From assembly GCA_963743885.1 (NCBI GenBank), contig CAVURJ010000002.1:369706-433705 (forward strand): a stretch of DNA of 64,000 nucleotides, in the 5' to 3' direction. A model generated the notes under the pieces. It made no database searches. It saw only the letters and a list, made by a program, of their open reading frames with translations, and was not told where the DNA came from. Both the position numbers and the translations under genes were made by a program. The DNA comes from Candidatus Moraniibacteriota bacterium (lineage in GTDB: Bacteria; Patescibacteriota; Minisyncoccia; Moranbacterales; UBA1568). Positions 39,888-48,971 of the stretch are shown piece by piece; the first letter of the stretch is position 1, and each line of letters begins with the position of its first letter.

Positions 39888-39911
39888 GAAACCGCTTTTT
39901 GCGGTTTTTTC
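39888..39911 (+). terminator. Second intrinsic terminator
   Basis: gAAACCGCtttttGCGGTTTtttc. Confidence 0.65.
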
Positions 39912-40070
39912 ATACTCTTGTTTGCTGGTATAATAGAGGCACTATGCCCGGTAGTAGAACTTCGATCGGGTGTTTGGTAGACGATCAAAGAAAAGAGCGT
40001 CTTTTCCTGTTCAGTAGAGAGGCGATATCGGTTAGGTTTTTGGGGAATTATCAAAGTTTCACTACCGGGT

Positions 40071-41273
40071 ATGAAAATCGGTATTAACGCGTCATTTTTG
40101 CGGAAGCCTGGGACCGGTATCGGGCAAGTTACCACTAACTTCTTGCAGAAGTTAGTGGAGTATTATGTATCCAGTAGTACGTATCAAGAAAATACAAAAT
40201 ACATACTACATGATACGAAATACATTCTCTACACCGAAGAACCGATCACTTTCCCATTACCTGCGAATTTCGAAAACAAGCACTTCCTGCCGAGATGGTG
40301 GAAGCGCGATGATGTGCCGCGCAAATGGCTCTGGGAACGAGAGCTCTCGAAACATGCCGCCGAAGACGGCTGTGATGTGCTCCTCTCGCTGTATCAGTCA
40401 GCTACGGATTTCCATGCGACGTGCGTCATGCCACACGATACGCCGGTGCGCCACGTGATGATCGTGCATGATATCATCCCGAAGCTCTTCCCTCAGTATC
40501 TCGGCAAATGGTCGCAGCGTCATCATTGGAAAGCTGTTGAACGGGCTATCGAACGGGCTGATCATATCGTTACCGTCTCAGAAGCGACCAAGAGCGATCT
40601 TATTTGGAAGTTTTCCTTGCCCGCGAATCGGATCTCAGTGGCCCATCCTGATGCGAGTCCGCATTTCTCCGAAGTGCCGTCCGAAGCAAAGGTTGCGAGC
40701 GTACTTGAAAAATATCAGCTCAATCCGGGATATATCTATCATGGCGGGGGACTTGAGGTGCGAAAGAACGCTGAAGGTTTATTGCGAGCGTACAAACAGC
40801 GAACAATGAACAGCGAACAGAGAACAGAGATGCCGAAGCTGGTGATTTCTGGGAAGGTGCATACAAAATCGAATAAGCTAGCGACGGATGTCGAGGGACT
40901 CATTCAGGAGCTCGGACTAGAAGAACATGTGAAGTTGCTTGGCTTCGTCCCGGACGAGGATCTGCCAGCACTCTATCGCGGTGCGCTCTTTTTTGCTTAT
41001 CCGTCGTTCTACGAGGGATTTGGGTTGCCGGCGCTTGAAGCGATGCGGATGGGGACGCCAGTGCTTGCATCAGATGTTTCGTCGCTGCCAGAAGTCTGTG
41101 GTGACGCCGCGCTCTACTGCGATCCAGAGAAAATAGATTCCATCCAGGCAGGTATAGAGCGCTTCATTAGTGATGCCGCACTACGCCAGAAGCTTTCCGA
41201 AAAGGGGATGGAACAAGCGGCTCAGTTCTCATATGACGCTTTCGTAAGCCATATCATCGGGACACTCGTATGA
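40071..41273 (+). CDS. GT4-family glycosyltransferase
   Basis: EGFGLPALEAMRMGTPVLASD. An extended -10 (tgcTGGTATAAT) lies at about 39927. A short tandem repeat is embedded at 40793-40832. Confidence 0.8.
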   Translation: MKIGINASFLRKPGTGIGQVTTNFLQKLVEYYVSSSTYQENTKYILHDTKYILYTEEPITFPLPANFENKHFLPRWWKRDDVPRKWLWERELSKHAAEDGCDVLLSLYQSATDFHATCVMPHDTPVRHVMIVHDIIPKLFPQYLGKWSQRHHWKAVERAIERADHIVTVSEATKSDLIWKFSLPANRISVAHPDASPHFSEVPSEAKVASVLEKYQLNPGYIYHGGGLEVRKNAEGLLRAYKQRTMNSEQRTEMPKLVISGKVHTKSNKLATDVEGLIQELGLEEHVKLLGFVPDEDLPALYRGALFFAYPSFYEGFGLPALEAMRMGTPVLASDVSSLPEVCGDAALYCDPEKIDSIQAGIERFISDAALRQKLSEKGMEQAAQFSYDAFVSHIIGTLV

Positions 41274-42877
41274 TCAAGCTTCCTGCTTCGTGGAATCAGA
41301 ACAGGCTGGCGCTCGTAGCGTCGAGCACGCTTTCATGCGCCGCGCTCATCATGCTCAGCAATGCCCGCGTACTGCCGCTTGATCCGATCAATCTGGCATT
41401 TTTCACTTTTGTCACACTACTGTTCGCACTTTATCGGCCAGGATGGGCATTCCTTTTCTTCGTAGGAATGATACCGCTTGAAATCATAAATATCGCTCCG
41501 CTCATGTGGGGCTTCGACCTGCGGCCATACCAATGGCTCGCGATCATCATCTTCGCTGCCGTCATGCTCCGCGCTGCCGCTCGCACGCTACCATTTGATC
41601 TCGTGAAACCGCGCTGGTTCGATTGGATACTCCTCCTCGTACCGGTCGGTGCATTCATCGCAGCAGCCTATGCGCCGGATACGAACGCCACTCTCAAGCA
41701 AGCAATCATCACGCTTTCCTTCGGATTGGTCTATGCGGTCGGCAGAATATTTTGGCAATCATACGACGATATCAGGCAGGCTGTACCGTTCTTTCTCGGC
41801 TCAAGCCTAGTTGTTCTCAGCTATGCGCTCTGGCAGAATCTGCGTTTCCTCGCCGACGGGACAGGCTTCGAAGTAATGGCGGGGCGGCCCAATGCGACGT
41901 TTTCCGAAGCGGATTGGCTGGGACTCTTCATCATTGTAGTCATAAGCGTATTGTATAGTCTCATTTTTCAGATGTTCTTTCCTAAAAAGCAAGAGGGTAT
42001 ATCGTATCCTGTATATCGTATATCGGAATGGGTGCGGAAGCCGGACGCGTGGCTTGTGTTCGTCGCGCTTGTTTTCACATTCGTGATTCTCATCATCACC
42101 GTCGCGCGGAGCGCTTGGCTCGGAGCTACCGCTACTACCGTAGTCTTCATGGCGGTGGTGTGGTTCCAGAATGGCCTGCGCGAAGCGGCGCGATCATCTG
42201 TTTTTGTAGGTGGATCAGCTATCTTCGCTCTCGCTCTCGTATTCATATTCCAGCTTACACCGTTCGATATCGCCAATCGGGCGCAGAGCACAGCATCAGG
42301 ACTCCAGGAGATCACTATCGCTTGCGAACAGGATTCTATAGTACCCGTATTGCCGTCGAAGATCAGCGATATGGGTGAGCTCGAGCCGTTCCATTGCCGC
42401 CATATCATGCTCGAGGAGATCGGGAGCGAACAGGCGGGCGGCCGTTTCATCTCGACCATATACCGTGATGATCCGAATATCTCCATCCGTCAGAAGATCT
42501 ATGCGAAGACTTGGAACGAAATCCAGAACCATAGCGTGACCGGCATCGGCTGGGGGAGCATCGCCTCGATACTCGGTACCGATGAACGTGGCGCCGGTCT
42601 CAATGCGAGCAATGTATTCCTCGAAGTCTGGCTCGGCAGCGGGCTCATTGGCCTCATTGCTTTTTCAGTGGTCTGGTTCGGCATCATGATCTCGGCAGGC
42701 CTACGACTCTTCAAAAATACTTCACCAAGCGACAAGCCACTGCTTCTTTTCGTGCTTTCCACTTGGGCTGGTATCACTCTCTTCGATCTCTTCAATTCCG
42801 GAATACTCTTAGGTTTTTTCTTTCTCTATCTCGCATTGGGAGGATTGATATTACAAAAAAATGAACATAGAGTATAG
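41270..42877 (+). CDS. O-antigen ligase-like (Wzy_C) polytopic membrane protein, second paralog
   Basis: ITVARSAWLGATA motif, about 12 TM helices, and a 4-bp overlap with the upstream GT4 stop. Confidence 0.6.
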   Translation: MIKLPASWNQNRLALVASSTLSCAALIMLSNARVLPLDPINLAFFTFVTLLFALYRPGWAFLFFVGMIPLEIINIAPLMWGFDLRPYQWLAIIIFAAVMLRAAARTLPFDLVKPRWFDWILLLVPVGAFIAAAYAPDTNATLKQAIITLSFGLVYAVGRIFWQSYDDIRQAVPFFLGSSLVVLSYALWQNLRFLADGTGFEVMAGRPNATFSEADWLGLFIIVVISVLYSLIFQMFFPKKQEGISYPVYRISEWVRKPDAWLVFVALVFTFVILIITVARSAWLGATATTVVFMAVVWFQNGLREAARSSVFVGGSAIFALALVFIFQLTPFDIANRAQSTASGLQEITIACEQDSIVPVLPSKISDMGELEPFHCRHIMLEEIGSEQAGGRFISTIYRDDPNISIRQKIYAKTWNEIQNHSVTGIGWGSIASILGTDERGAGLNASNVFLEVWLGSGLIGLIAFSVVWFGIMISAGLRLFKNTSPSDKPLLLFVLSTWAGITLFDLFNSGILLGFFFLYLALGGLILQKNEHRV

Positions 42878-43017
42878 AAATTCAAAGCTCAAAATCTCAA
42901 TTTCCAAATAAATTCAAAATTATAATATCAAAACAAAGAGCTACGTACTTCGACTTTTGTATTTTGTTCTTGTGATTTGTTTGGAACTTGTAATTTTGGA
43001 TTTTTGATTTACATCTT
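42878..43017. repeat. Intergenic repeat family, copy E
   Basis: aaattcaaagctcaaaatctcaatttccaaataaattcaaaatt ... gatttgtttggaacttgtaattttggatttttgatttac. Confidence 0.75.
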
Positions 43018-43019
43018 TT

Positions 43020-44186
43020 ATGTATACCTTTGCTATCGACATCCGACTGATCGGCAAGAAGCGCACCGGCGACGAGACCGTGTTCTTCAATCTGACCAAG
43101 GAACTCCTCGCGCTCGATAAGGAGAATCACTATTTCCTCATGACAAACATCGATGACGCGCAGGAGAGAGCAGTCATCCAAGGCCGTCTCGGCTGCATCG
43201 GTCAGGGAAACGTCGAGATCGTCACGCTTCGCGGCCGGAATCGCTTCATCTGGAACCTCGTGACGCTGCCATGGTTCCTCTTCCGCCACCGGATTGATGT
43301 CTATCACACCCAATACATTCTGCCGTTCTTCGTCCCGTCGCGAACCAAGGTCGTGACACATATCCATGATGTCTCATTCCGCGCCTATCCAGAGCTCATT
43401 GGCTGGAAGGATCGATTCTTCCTCGCGCTCCTCATCCCGTCCGCGCTCCGTCGCGCCGCACTCATCGCTACGCCTTCGCAGTTCACCAAGGATGAGATCA
43501 TCGACCGCTATGGCATCAACGAAAACAAGATAGCTGTCATCCCAAATGCGCTTTCGGAAGATTTTTTGGTTCAGATCGCCGCTCCCGAAGATATTGCCCG
43601 TGTCCGCGAGAGGTACACCTTACCAGAGATGTATGCCGTCTACGTTGGCACGCTCCAACCACGCAAGAATATTCCGTTCCTCATTGAGGCCTTCGCAAAG
43701 CTCAAAGAGCGCCTGCCAGAAGCAAAGCTGGTCCTGGTCGGCAATCGTCGTGGCCATCATGCGGATACGCGCCTCGATTCGACCATTGATCGTCTAAATA
43801 TGGCGGGGGATATCGTTTTCCCTGGTTTTGTCGACCAGGCTGACCTCCCAGCGGTCATATGCGGGGCGAAAGCTTTCGCTTTCCCATCGCTGTATGAAGG
43901 TTTCGGCATCCCACTCCTCGAAGCTATGAGCCAGGATGTACCTGTCGCGGCAGCGGATATCCCAAGTCTCCGCGAGGTAGCAGAGGGGGCCGCGCTCTAT
44001 TTCCCGGTTTCAGCCGAAGATGCGAGCCTTGCTCGAGCAGCAGAAACGTTGTATACTCTTTTCATTGACCAGACGAAGCGTGAAGCGCTCATCCGAAGTG
44101 GAAAAGAGCGTCTACAAGCCTTCTCTTGGAAAAAAAGTGCTGTGCTCATGCTCTCAGAATACGGGCGTCTCGCAGCAAAGCAATAA
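43020..44186 (+). CDS. GT4-family glycosyltransferase
   Basis: EGFGIPLLEAMSQDVPVAAADIPSLREV. Confidence 0.8.
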   Translation: MYTFAIDIRLIGKKRTGDETVFFNLTKELLALDKENHYFLMTNIDDAQERAVIQGRLGCIGQGNVEIVTLRGRNRFIWNLVTLPWFLFRHRIDVYHTQYILPFFVPSRTKVVTHIHDVSFRAYPELIGWKDRFFLALLIPSALRRAALIATPSQFTKDEIIDRYGINENKIAVIPNALSEDFLVQIAAPEDIARVRERYTLPEMYAVYVGTLQPRKNIPFLIEAFAKLKERLPEAKLVLVGNRRGHHADTRLDSTIDRLNMAGDIVFPGFVDQADLPAVICGAKAFAFPSLYEGFGIPLLEAMSQDVPVAAADIPSLREVAEGAALYFPVSAEDASLARAAETLYTLFIDQTKREALIRSGKERLQAFSWKKSAVLMLSEYGRLAAKQ

Positions 44187-44204
44187 TCAGTCTCATAGCT
44201 TATT

Positions 44205-45434
44205 ATGTTCGGAAAGACATCGGTCGAAACACCGGAAAACAGCCTGTCTCCGGAGACCCCAAAGAAGCGCCGCGCCCTGCGGATCGCGCTCTTTTTTATC
44301 GTACTTCTCATGATCGGCGGTGGCGTCTTCGCCTGGAAGACTGGCAGCGTCATCAACAAAATCACTGGCGGTAATGGTAATATCTTCGGTAGCATCGTGA
44401 AATCCATCCCGGGCGTCGAGAAGAAACTCAAGGGTGAGGAAGCTGGTCGCATCAATATCCTTCTTCTCGGTATGCGCGGCGAAGGAGTCGAAGGTGGCGG
44501 CCTCCTGGCTGATACCATCATGGTGCTTTCCATCCATCCGAAGCAGAATGAGCAGGATACGGCCAAAGCATCGCTCGTCTCTATCCCGCGTGACCTTTAC
44601 GTGAAGGTCCCTGGACAGGACTGGCAGAGCAAGATCAACGGTGTCTATGCCGAAGGCGAGAAGCGCGAGCTTCATAAGGGCGGCATGGATGATATGCGGA
44701 CGATCGTCTCAGAAGTCTCTGGACTAGATATCCCGTACGCAGCCACTATCAATTTCCAGGGCTTCAAAGACCTGGTCAATGCCATCGGTGGCATCACCAT
44801 CACACTTGATCAGCCGTTTGAGGAAGGGATGCAGTTCCGTGGCCTCGAGAAGCGCTGTGATGGCCTGAAATACACGGTCTTCTCTGGTAACTACGAGGAA
44901 AAGCGCATCCAACGAAAGAATGGCACGTATTATGCCAATCCGAAGCGCTACCCGCTTTGCTTTGAGAAGATGACGACCCAAGCGATCGCCGAGCTCGAAT
45001 GCGGCGGCAATTTCAAGCTGCCAGTCGGAGAGAATCTCCTCGATGGTGAGAAGGCGCTCTGCTACGCCCGCGCCCGCTACACATCAAGCGATTTCGACCG
45101 GGCCCGCCGCCAACAGGAAATCATCAAGCTGATCAAGGCGAAGGCGCTCTCTCTCGGCACACTGACGGATTTCTCCAAGGTGAGCGCCATGATGGATAGC
45201 TTGGGCAACAACGCCAGCACGAACATGGAAGCTTGGGAAATGAATCACCTCCTCGATCTCTATCAGACCGCTGGCGATGCCGGCAATATCAATCAGAAGG
45301 TGCTGAGTACGGATGAGGGCGGACTGCTGTATTTCCCTGAGAGGGATCGGTATCCGGGAGCCGGGTCCATCATTCTCCCGCTGGGTGATAACTATGATCT
45401 TATCCGCGAGCTCTTCCGCAACTCGCTCAACTAG
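44205..45434 (+). CDS. LytR-CpsA-Psr (LCP) family glycopolymer transferase
   Basis: N-terminal TM helix, then INILLLGMRG ... ADTIMVLSI ... SIPRDLYV ... INFQGFKDLVNAIGGI. Confidence 0.85.
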   Translation: MFGKTSVETPENSLSPETPKKRRALRIALFFIVLLMIGGGVFAWKTGSVINKITGGNGNIFGSIVKSIPGVEKKLKGEEAGRINILLLGMRGEGVEGGGLLADTIMVLSIHPKQNEQDTAKASLVSIPRDLYVKVPGQDWQSKINGVYAEGEKRELHKGGMDDMRTIVSEVSGLDIPYAATINFQGFKDLVNAIGGITITLDQPFEEGMQFRGLEKRCDGLKYTVFSGNYEEKRIQRKNGTYYANPKRYPLCFEKMTTQAIAELECGGNFKLPVGENLLDGEKALCYARARYTSSDFDRARRQQEIIKLIKAKALSLGTLTDFSKVSAMMDSLGNNASTNMEAWEMNHLLDLYQTAGDAGNINQKVLSTDEGGLLYFPERDRYPGAGSIILPLGDNYDLIRELFRNSLN

Positions 45435-45445
45435 GGGATCCGACC

Positions 45446-46270
45446 ATGGCATCCAAGGAACTCACCATCGCGATCAATGGCTATCGGAATCCGGAGCTCC
45501 TCCGGCTCTGTCTCGATTCCATCTATCGCGAAATGTCCGGGACTGGCATCGACTATGAAGTCTTAGTGACTGATAGTGCTACCGAAGAAGCGACAGAGAT
45601 GCTCATGCGCGAGACCTTTCCGGAGGCGCGCTTCTTCCCGTTCCGAGAGAATGTCGGCTTCAAGGCGATGGTCAACACCTCACTTAAGGAAGCGGCAGGG
45701 GAATATGCTTTCCTCATCAATAGCGACATCGTGCTGACGCCCGGTGCCGTACCGAAGATGCTTGCATACCTCAAGGAGCATCGGGACATCGGCATCCTGA
45801 GCCCGAAACAGATGAATTTCAACGGCACGCTCCAGCAGAGCTGCTTCCGTTTCTATCGACCATGGACCGTACTCTACAGACGCACATGGCTCGGTCGACT
45901 TTCGTTCGGCAAGCGCCATCTCGAATGGTTCATGATGAAAGATTATGATCATCAGTCGCCGCGTGCCGTCGACTGGGTCATGGGTTCCGCCATGCTCGTA
46001 CCGCTCTCAGCTGTACAGAAGGTCGGACCGATGGACAGCCGCTTCTTCATGTATATGGAAGATGTCGACTGGTGCCGGCGCTTCTGGGAGGCTGGACTCA
46101 AGGTCGTCTACTATCCGGAAGCGATGGTCTATCACTACCACGGGAAGGGTAGCGCCCGAGGCGGCTTCATCGGCTCACTCCTCTCCAATCGCCTCACCTG
46201 GTACCATATACAGAGCGCTATTAAATACTTCCTCAAGTACCGCGGCAAGCCTCTCCCGAAGACCGCATAA
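45446..46270 (+). CDS. GT2-family glycosyltransferase (WbbL/rhamnosyltransferase-like, soluble)
   Basis: ELTIAINGYRN ... DSA ... INSDIV ... DxD-like motifs ... MYMEDVDWCRR. Confidence 0.8.
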   Translation: MASKELTIAINGYRNPELLRLCLDSIYREMSGTGIDYEVLVTDSATEEATEMLMRETFPEARFFPFRENVGFKAMVNTSLKEAAGEYAFLINSDIVLTPGAVPKMLAYLKEHRDIGILSPKQMNFNGTLQQSCFRFYRPWTVLYRRTWLGRLSFGKRHLEWFMMKDYDHQSPRAVDWVMGSAMLVPLSAVQKVGPMDSRFFMYMEDVDWCRRFWEAGLKVVYYPEAMVYHYHGKGSARGGFIGSLLSNRLTWYHIQSAIKYFLKYRGKPLPKTA

Positions 46271-46289
46271 CCTGAACAAAAAAGATCCT

Positions 46290-47579
46290 ATGTCCGAAAT
46301 CGAAACCACAGACGAAACATACGCCCGTGGACAGCACGTATTCCGCCGAGCCTTCCTGTTCTTCTTCATTGTTTTCATGGTCGGTGGGGCTTTTTGGATC
46401 GGCTATGAGCGCGGACAAGGTGATCTCAAGGAACAGGCCGCTGAAGAAGAAATACCAGCACTCTCTCCAGACAAAGCGATCTTCCTCAACAAAGAAAGCC
46501 AGGACAAGACCGTCGACTTCGCGCTCTTCTGGAAAGTCTGGGGGCTGCTCAAGGACAAGTATGTCGACAAGGCATCGCTCGACGCGAATGCTCTCTTTTA
46601 TGGTGCTATCAAGGGCATGCTCGCTGCAGCCGGTGATCCGTATACGACGTTCTTCGACCCTAAGGAGAATCGGGATTTCAACGAGGACATGACGGGGACT
46701 TTCGACGGCATCGGCGCTGAAATGGGCATCAAAGATGATATCTTGACCATCATCGCGCCACTCGAAGGCATGCCAGCAGAAAAGGCCGGCCTCATGCCGG
46801 GAGATAAGGTACTCAAGATCAACGGCGAGGATTCATCCAATTTTACCATCGAAGAGGCGGTCTCAAAGATTCGTGGACCGCGCGGCACCGATGTAACGCT
46901 CTCCATCTATCACAAGGGCGACCTAGAGGCGCATGATGTCATCGTAAAACGCGATGTCATCCTCGTGAAGAGCGTTCGTTTCGAGATGAAGGATGGCAGC
47001 ATCGCCTATATCCGCATCAGCCGTTTCGGTGAGGATACTGAGCGCGAATTCCGCGAGGCGCTCCGACAGACGACGGATCATAAAGCGACGAAGCTTGTCC
47101 TCGATTTGAGGAGCAATCCGGGCGGCTATCTCGATAGTGCCGTCACGATTGGCAGCTTCATGATCCCGTTTGGCAAGACCGTCGTCATCGAAGAGAGTGG
47201 CACAGGGGAGCGTCATGAGACGAAGACCCGTGGCGGCGATGAACTTTCCGGTCTGCAGACTGTCGTACTCATCAACCAGGGCAGCGCGAGCGCATCAGAG
47301 ATCCTCGCCGGCGCACTCAGCGAGACCCGAGACAACGTGACGCTTCTCGGTGAGACATCCTTCGGCAAAGGATCGGTCCAAGAATTCATCCCCGTCGGCA
47401 AAGGCACCGCCGTCAAAATCACGGTCGCCCGCTGGCTGACTCCGTCCGGCAAGCAGATCAACAAGGTCGGCATCACTCCGGACGAGAAAGTGGAGCTGAC
47501 TGCCGATGATGCGGCGAACGATCGGGACCCGCAGCTCAATAAGGCGCTCCAGATCCTCAGTAAAGGAATCAAGAATTGA
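46290..47579 (+). CDS. ctpA: Carboxyl-terminal processing protease (S41 peptidase with PDZ domain)
   Basis: PDZ (GMPAEKAGLMPGDKVLKING), S41 catalytic region (LDLRSNPGGYL ... NQGSASASEI). The start is set at MSEIETT because the longer caller ORF overlaps the upstream gene by 325 bp. Confidence 0.85.
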   Translation: MSEIETTDETYARGQHVFRRAFLFFFIVFMVGGAFWIGYERGQGDLKEQAAEEEIPALSPDKAIFLNKESQDKTVDFALFWKVWGLLKDKYVDKASLDANALFYGAIKGMLAAAGDPYTTFFDPKENRDFNEDMTGTFDGIGAEMGIKDDILTIIAPLEGMPAEKAGLMPGDKVLKINGEDSSNFTIEEAVSKIRGPRGTDVTLSIYHKGDLEAHDVIVKRDVILVKSVRFEMKDGSIAYIRISRFGEDTEREFREALRQTTDHKATKLVLDLRSNPGGYLDSAVTIGSFMIPFGKTVVIEESGTGERHETKTRGGDELSGLQTVVLINQGSASASEILAGALSETRDNVTLLGETSFGKGSVQEFIPVGKGTAVKITVARWLTPSGKQINKVGITPDEKVELTADDAANDRDPQLNKALQILSKGIKN

Positions 47580-47674
47580 GAATCATGAATCATGATTTAA
47601 TACTTTTGTTTATAATCCTGTGAAATTCCATTCTGCGCGAACCGACGAAGTTTGGTATTGCACGGGGTTGACGC

Positions 47675-47703
47675 AAGTACCCGTCTTTTTTACAATAGAT
47701 GGT
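47675..47703 (+). promoter_or_regulatory. Putative sigma70 promoter upstream of groES
   Basis: TTGACG - about 17 bp - TACAAT. Confidence 0.4.
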
Positions 47704-47736
47704 GCCCATAAATGATAAGTAGTAACGATAACGATT

Positions 47737-48015
47737 ATGAAGAAGACCAGTGTACAGCCGCTCGGCGAAAATATCCTCATCCACCCAGAAAAGCCAGAGC
47801 AGAAGACGGCAGCCGGCATCTATCTTCCGGATACCGCAAACCAGGAACGTTCCCAGCTCGGCCGCGTAATCGCTATCGGTGAGAGTGATACGATCAAGGT
47901 CAAGAAGGGTCAGACCGTCATCTTCCGGCGTTATGGGAGCGAGGAAGTCAAGATTGACGGGGAGGAATATCTCATCGCCGACCGTAAGGATATTCTTGCC
48001 ATTATCAAACAGTAG
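47737..48015 (+). CDS. groES: Co-chaperonin GroES (Cpn10)
   Basis: 92 aa, full-length match to Cpn10 (PLGENILI ... AAGIYLPDTA ... GRVIAIG). Confidence 0.9.
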   Translation: MKKTSVQPLGENILIHPEKPEQKTAAGIYLPDTANQERSQLGRVIAIGESDTIKVKKGQTVIFRRYGSEEVKIDGEEYLIADRKDILAIIKQ

Positions 48016-48045
48016 GCGTCGGGGAACAATCTCTGATCAACATGA

Positions 48046-48087
48046 AAACACCCCTGCTCAACATAATGCAGGGGTGTTTTTTTTTCT
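48046..48087 (+). terminator. Strong intrinsic terminator immediately after groES
   Basis: AACACCCCTGCtcaacataaTGCAGGGGTGTTttttttttc. Confidence 0.8.
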
Positions 48088-48098
48088 CTTTGGATGTT

Positions 48099-48971
48099 TC
48101 AACGCGAACTATCAAGAGGCAATCCTGATTTCGACATCAGATGGTCGTTCCCGGAGAGCGTCTTCACGGGAAATGCCCCAAGATCAGATATCCTGACTCC
48201 GGCCTGGAACGACTCGAGATCATTACTGCCATAAACAACGACGGTCCGCGCGATAGGCGGTTTGATCTTCTCAATCTCCATTTCGATCCGATCGAGTGGG
48301 AGATTCATGGCGCCGCTGATATGGCGTTCCCGGAAAGCTGATTCGTTTTGAACATCGATTAGAAAAATCGTATCGTTTGATATTTCAAGCGTTTTCCGGA
48401 GCTCTTCTGGGGATATATATAATACCTTCGATTGATCAGAAAATGATTTCGGATCTCCTATCGAGATTATCGGATAGTGCGCTGATTTCCAGGCTTCTAT
48501 GCCACCATCGAGCAAAACGAATGATCCGGGATGTTTGCTCATTATGTTTTCAATCGTTTCCGATGTTAGAACATCATTTGTAGCAATAACAAGCACTGAA
48601 AGGATATCCGTATCCGAAGTGAGAGACGAAAGGGTTAGATTCTGCGATCCGTTTATATGCTCACGGCGGTAAGCTTCTTCGGGACGAAGATCGATAATCC
48701 GAATCGAATCACCGTTTGAAATTTTTTGCGAAAGCGATGCTGGATCAATCGATTGAAGATGCGGGTAATCTTTTTTCGTATCGTCAGTTGACAGCGGAGC
48801 GCCGTCCGACGAAAACAATCCTCCATAGAGGCTTGGAAAAAATGATTTCGAAGCGAAATACGTCCCAATAAAAAAAATGAATGCAAACCCGACTAAAAAC
48901 GCATATATATCACCTTTTCGTACCATTATCCGCCTATTTTCTCCTGTTGTTTCCATATGAAATCGAATCAT
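48099..48971 (-). CDS. Tandem rhodanese-domain protein with an N-terminal TM anchor (AT-rich gene)
   Basis: Two rhodanese-like modules (IIDLRPEEAYRREHINGSQN; LIDVQNESAFRERHISGAMN). GC is lower than in the neighbours. Confidence 0.65.
   Translation of the reverse strand: MIRFHMETTGENRRIMVRKGDIYAFLVGFAFIFFIGTYFASKSFFPSLYGGLFSSDGAPLSTDDTKKDYPHLQSIDPASLSQKISNGDSIRIIDLRPEEAYRREHINGSQNLTLSSLTSDTDILSVLVIATNDVLTSETIENIMSKHPGSFVLLDGGIEAWKSAHYPIISIGDPKSFSDQSKVLYISPEELRKTLEISNDTIFLIDVQNESAFRERHISGAMNLPLDRIEMEIEKIKPPIARTVVVYGSNDLESFQAGVRISDLGAFPVKTLSGNDHLMSKSGLPLDSSR

Noticed and set aside
45945-46289. 5' extension of the ctpA ORF that overlaps the GT2 gene by 325 bp
   Set aside because: The extension is Arg/Ser-rich junk. 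An internal ATG at 46290 follows the upstream stop, and the S41 homology starts there.
47600-47736. CIRCE/HrcA operator upstream of groES
   Set aside because: No TTAGCACTC-N9-GAGTGCTAA-like inverted repeat is present.
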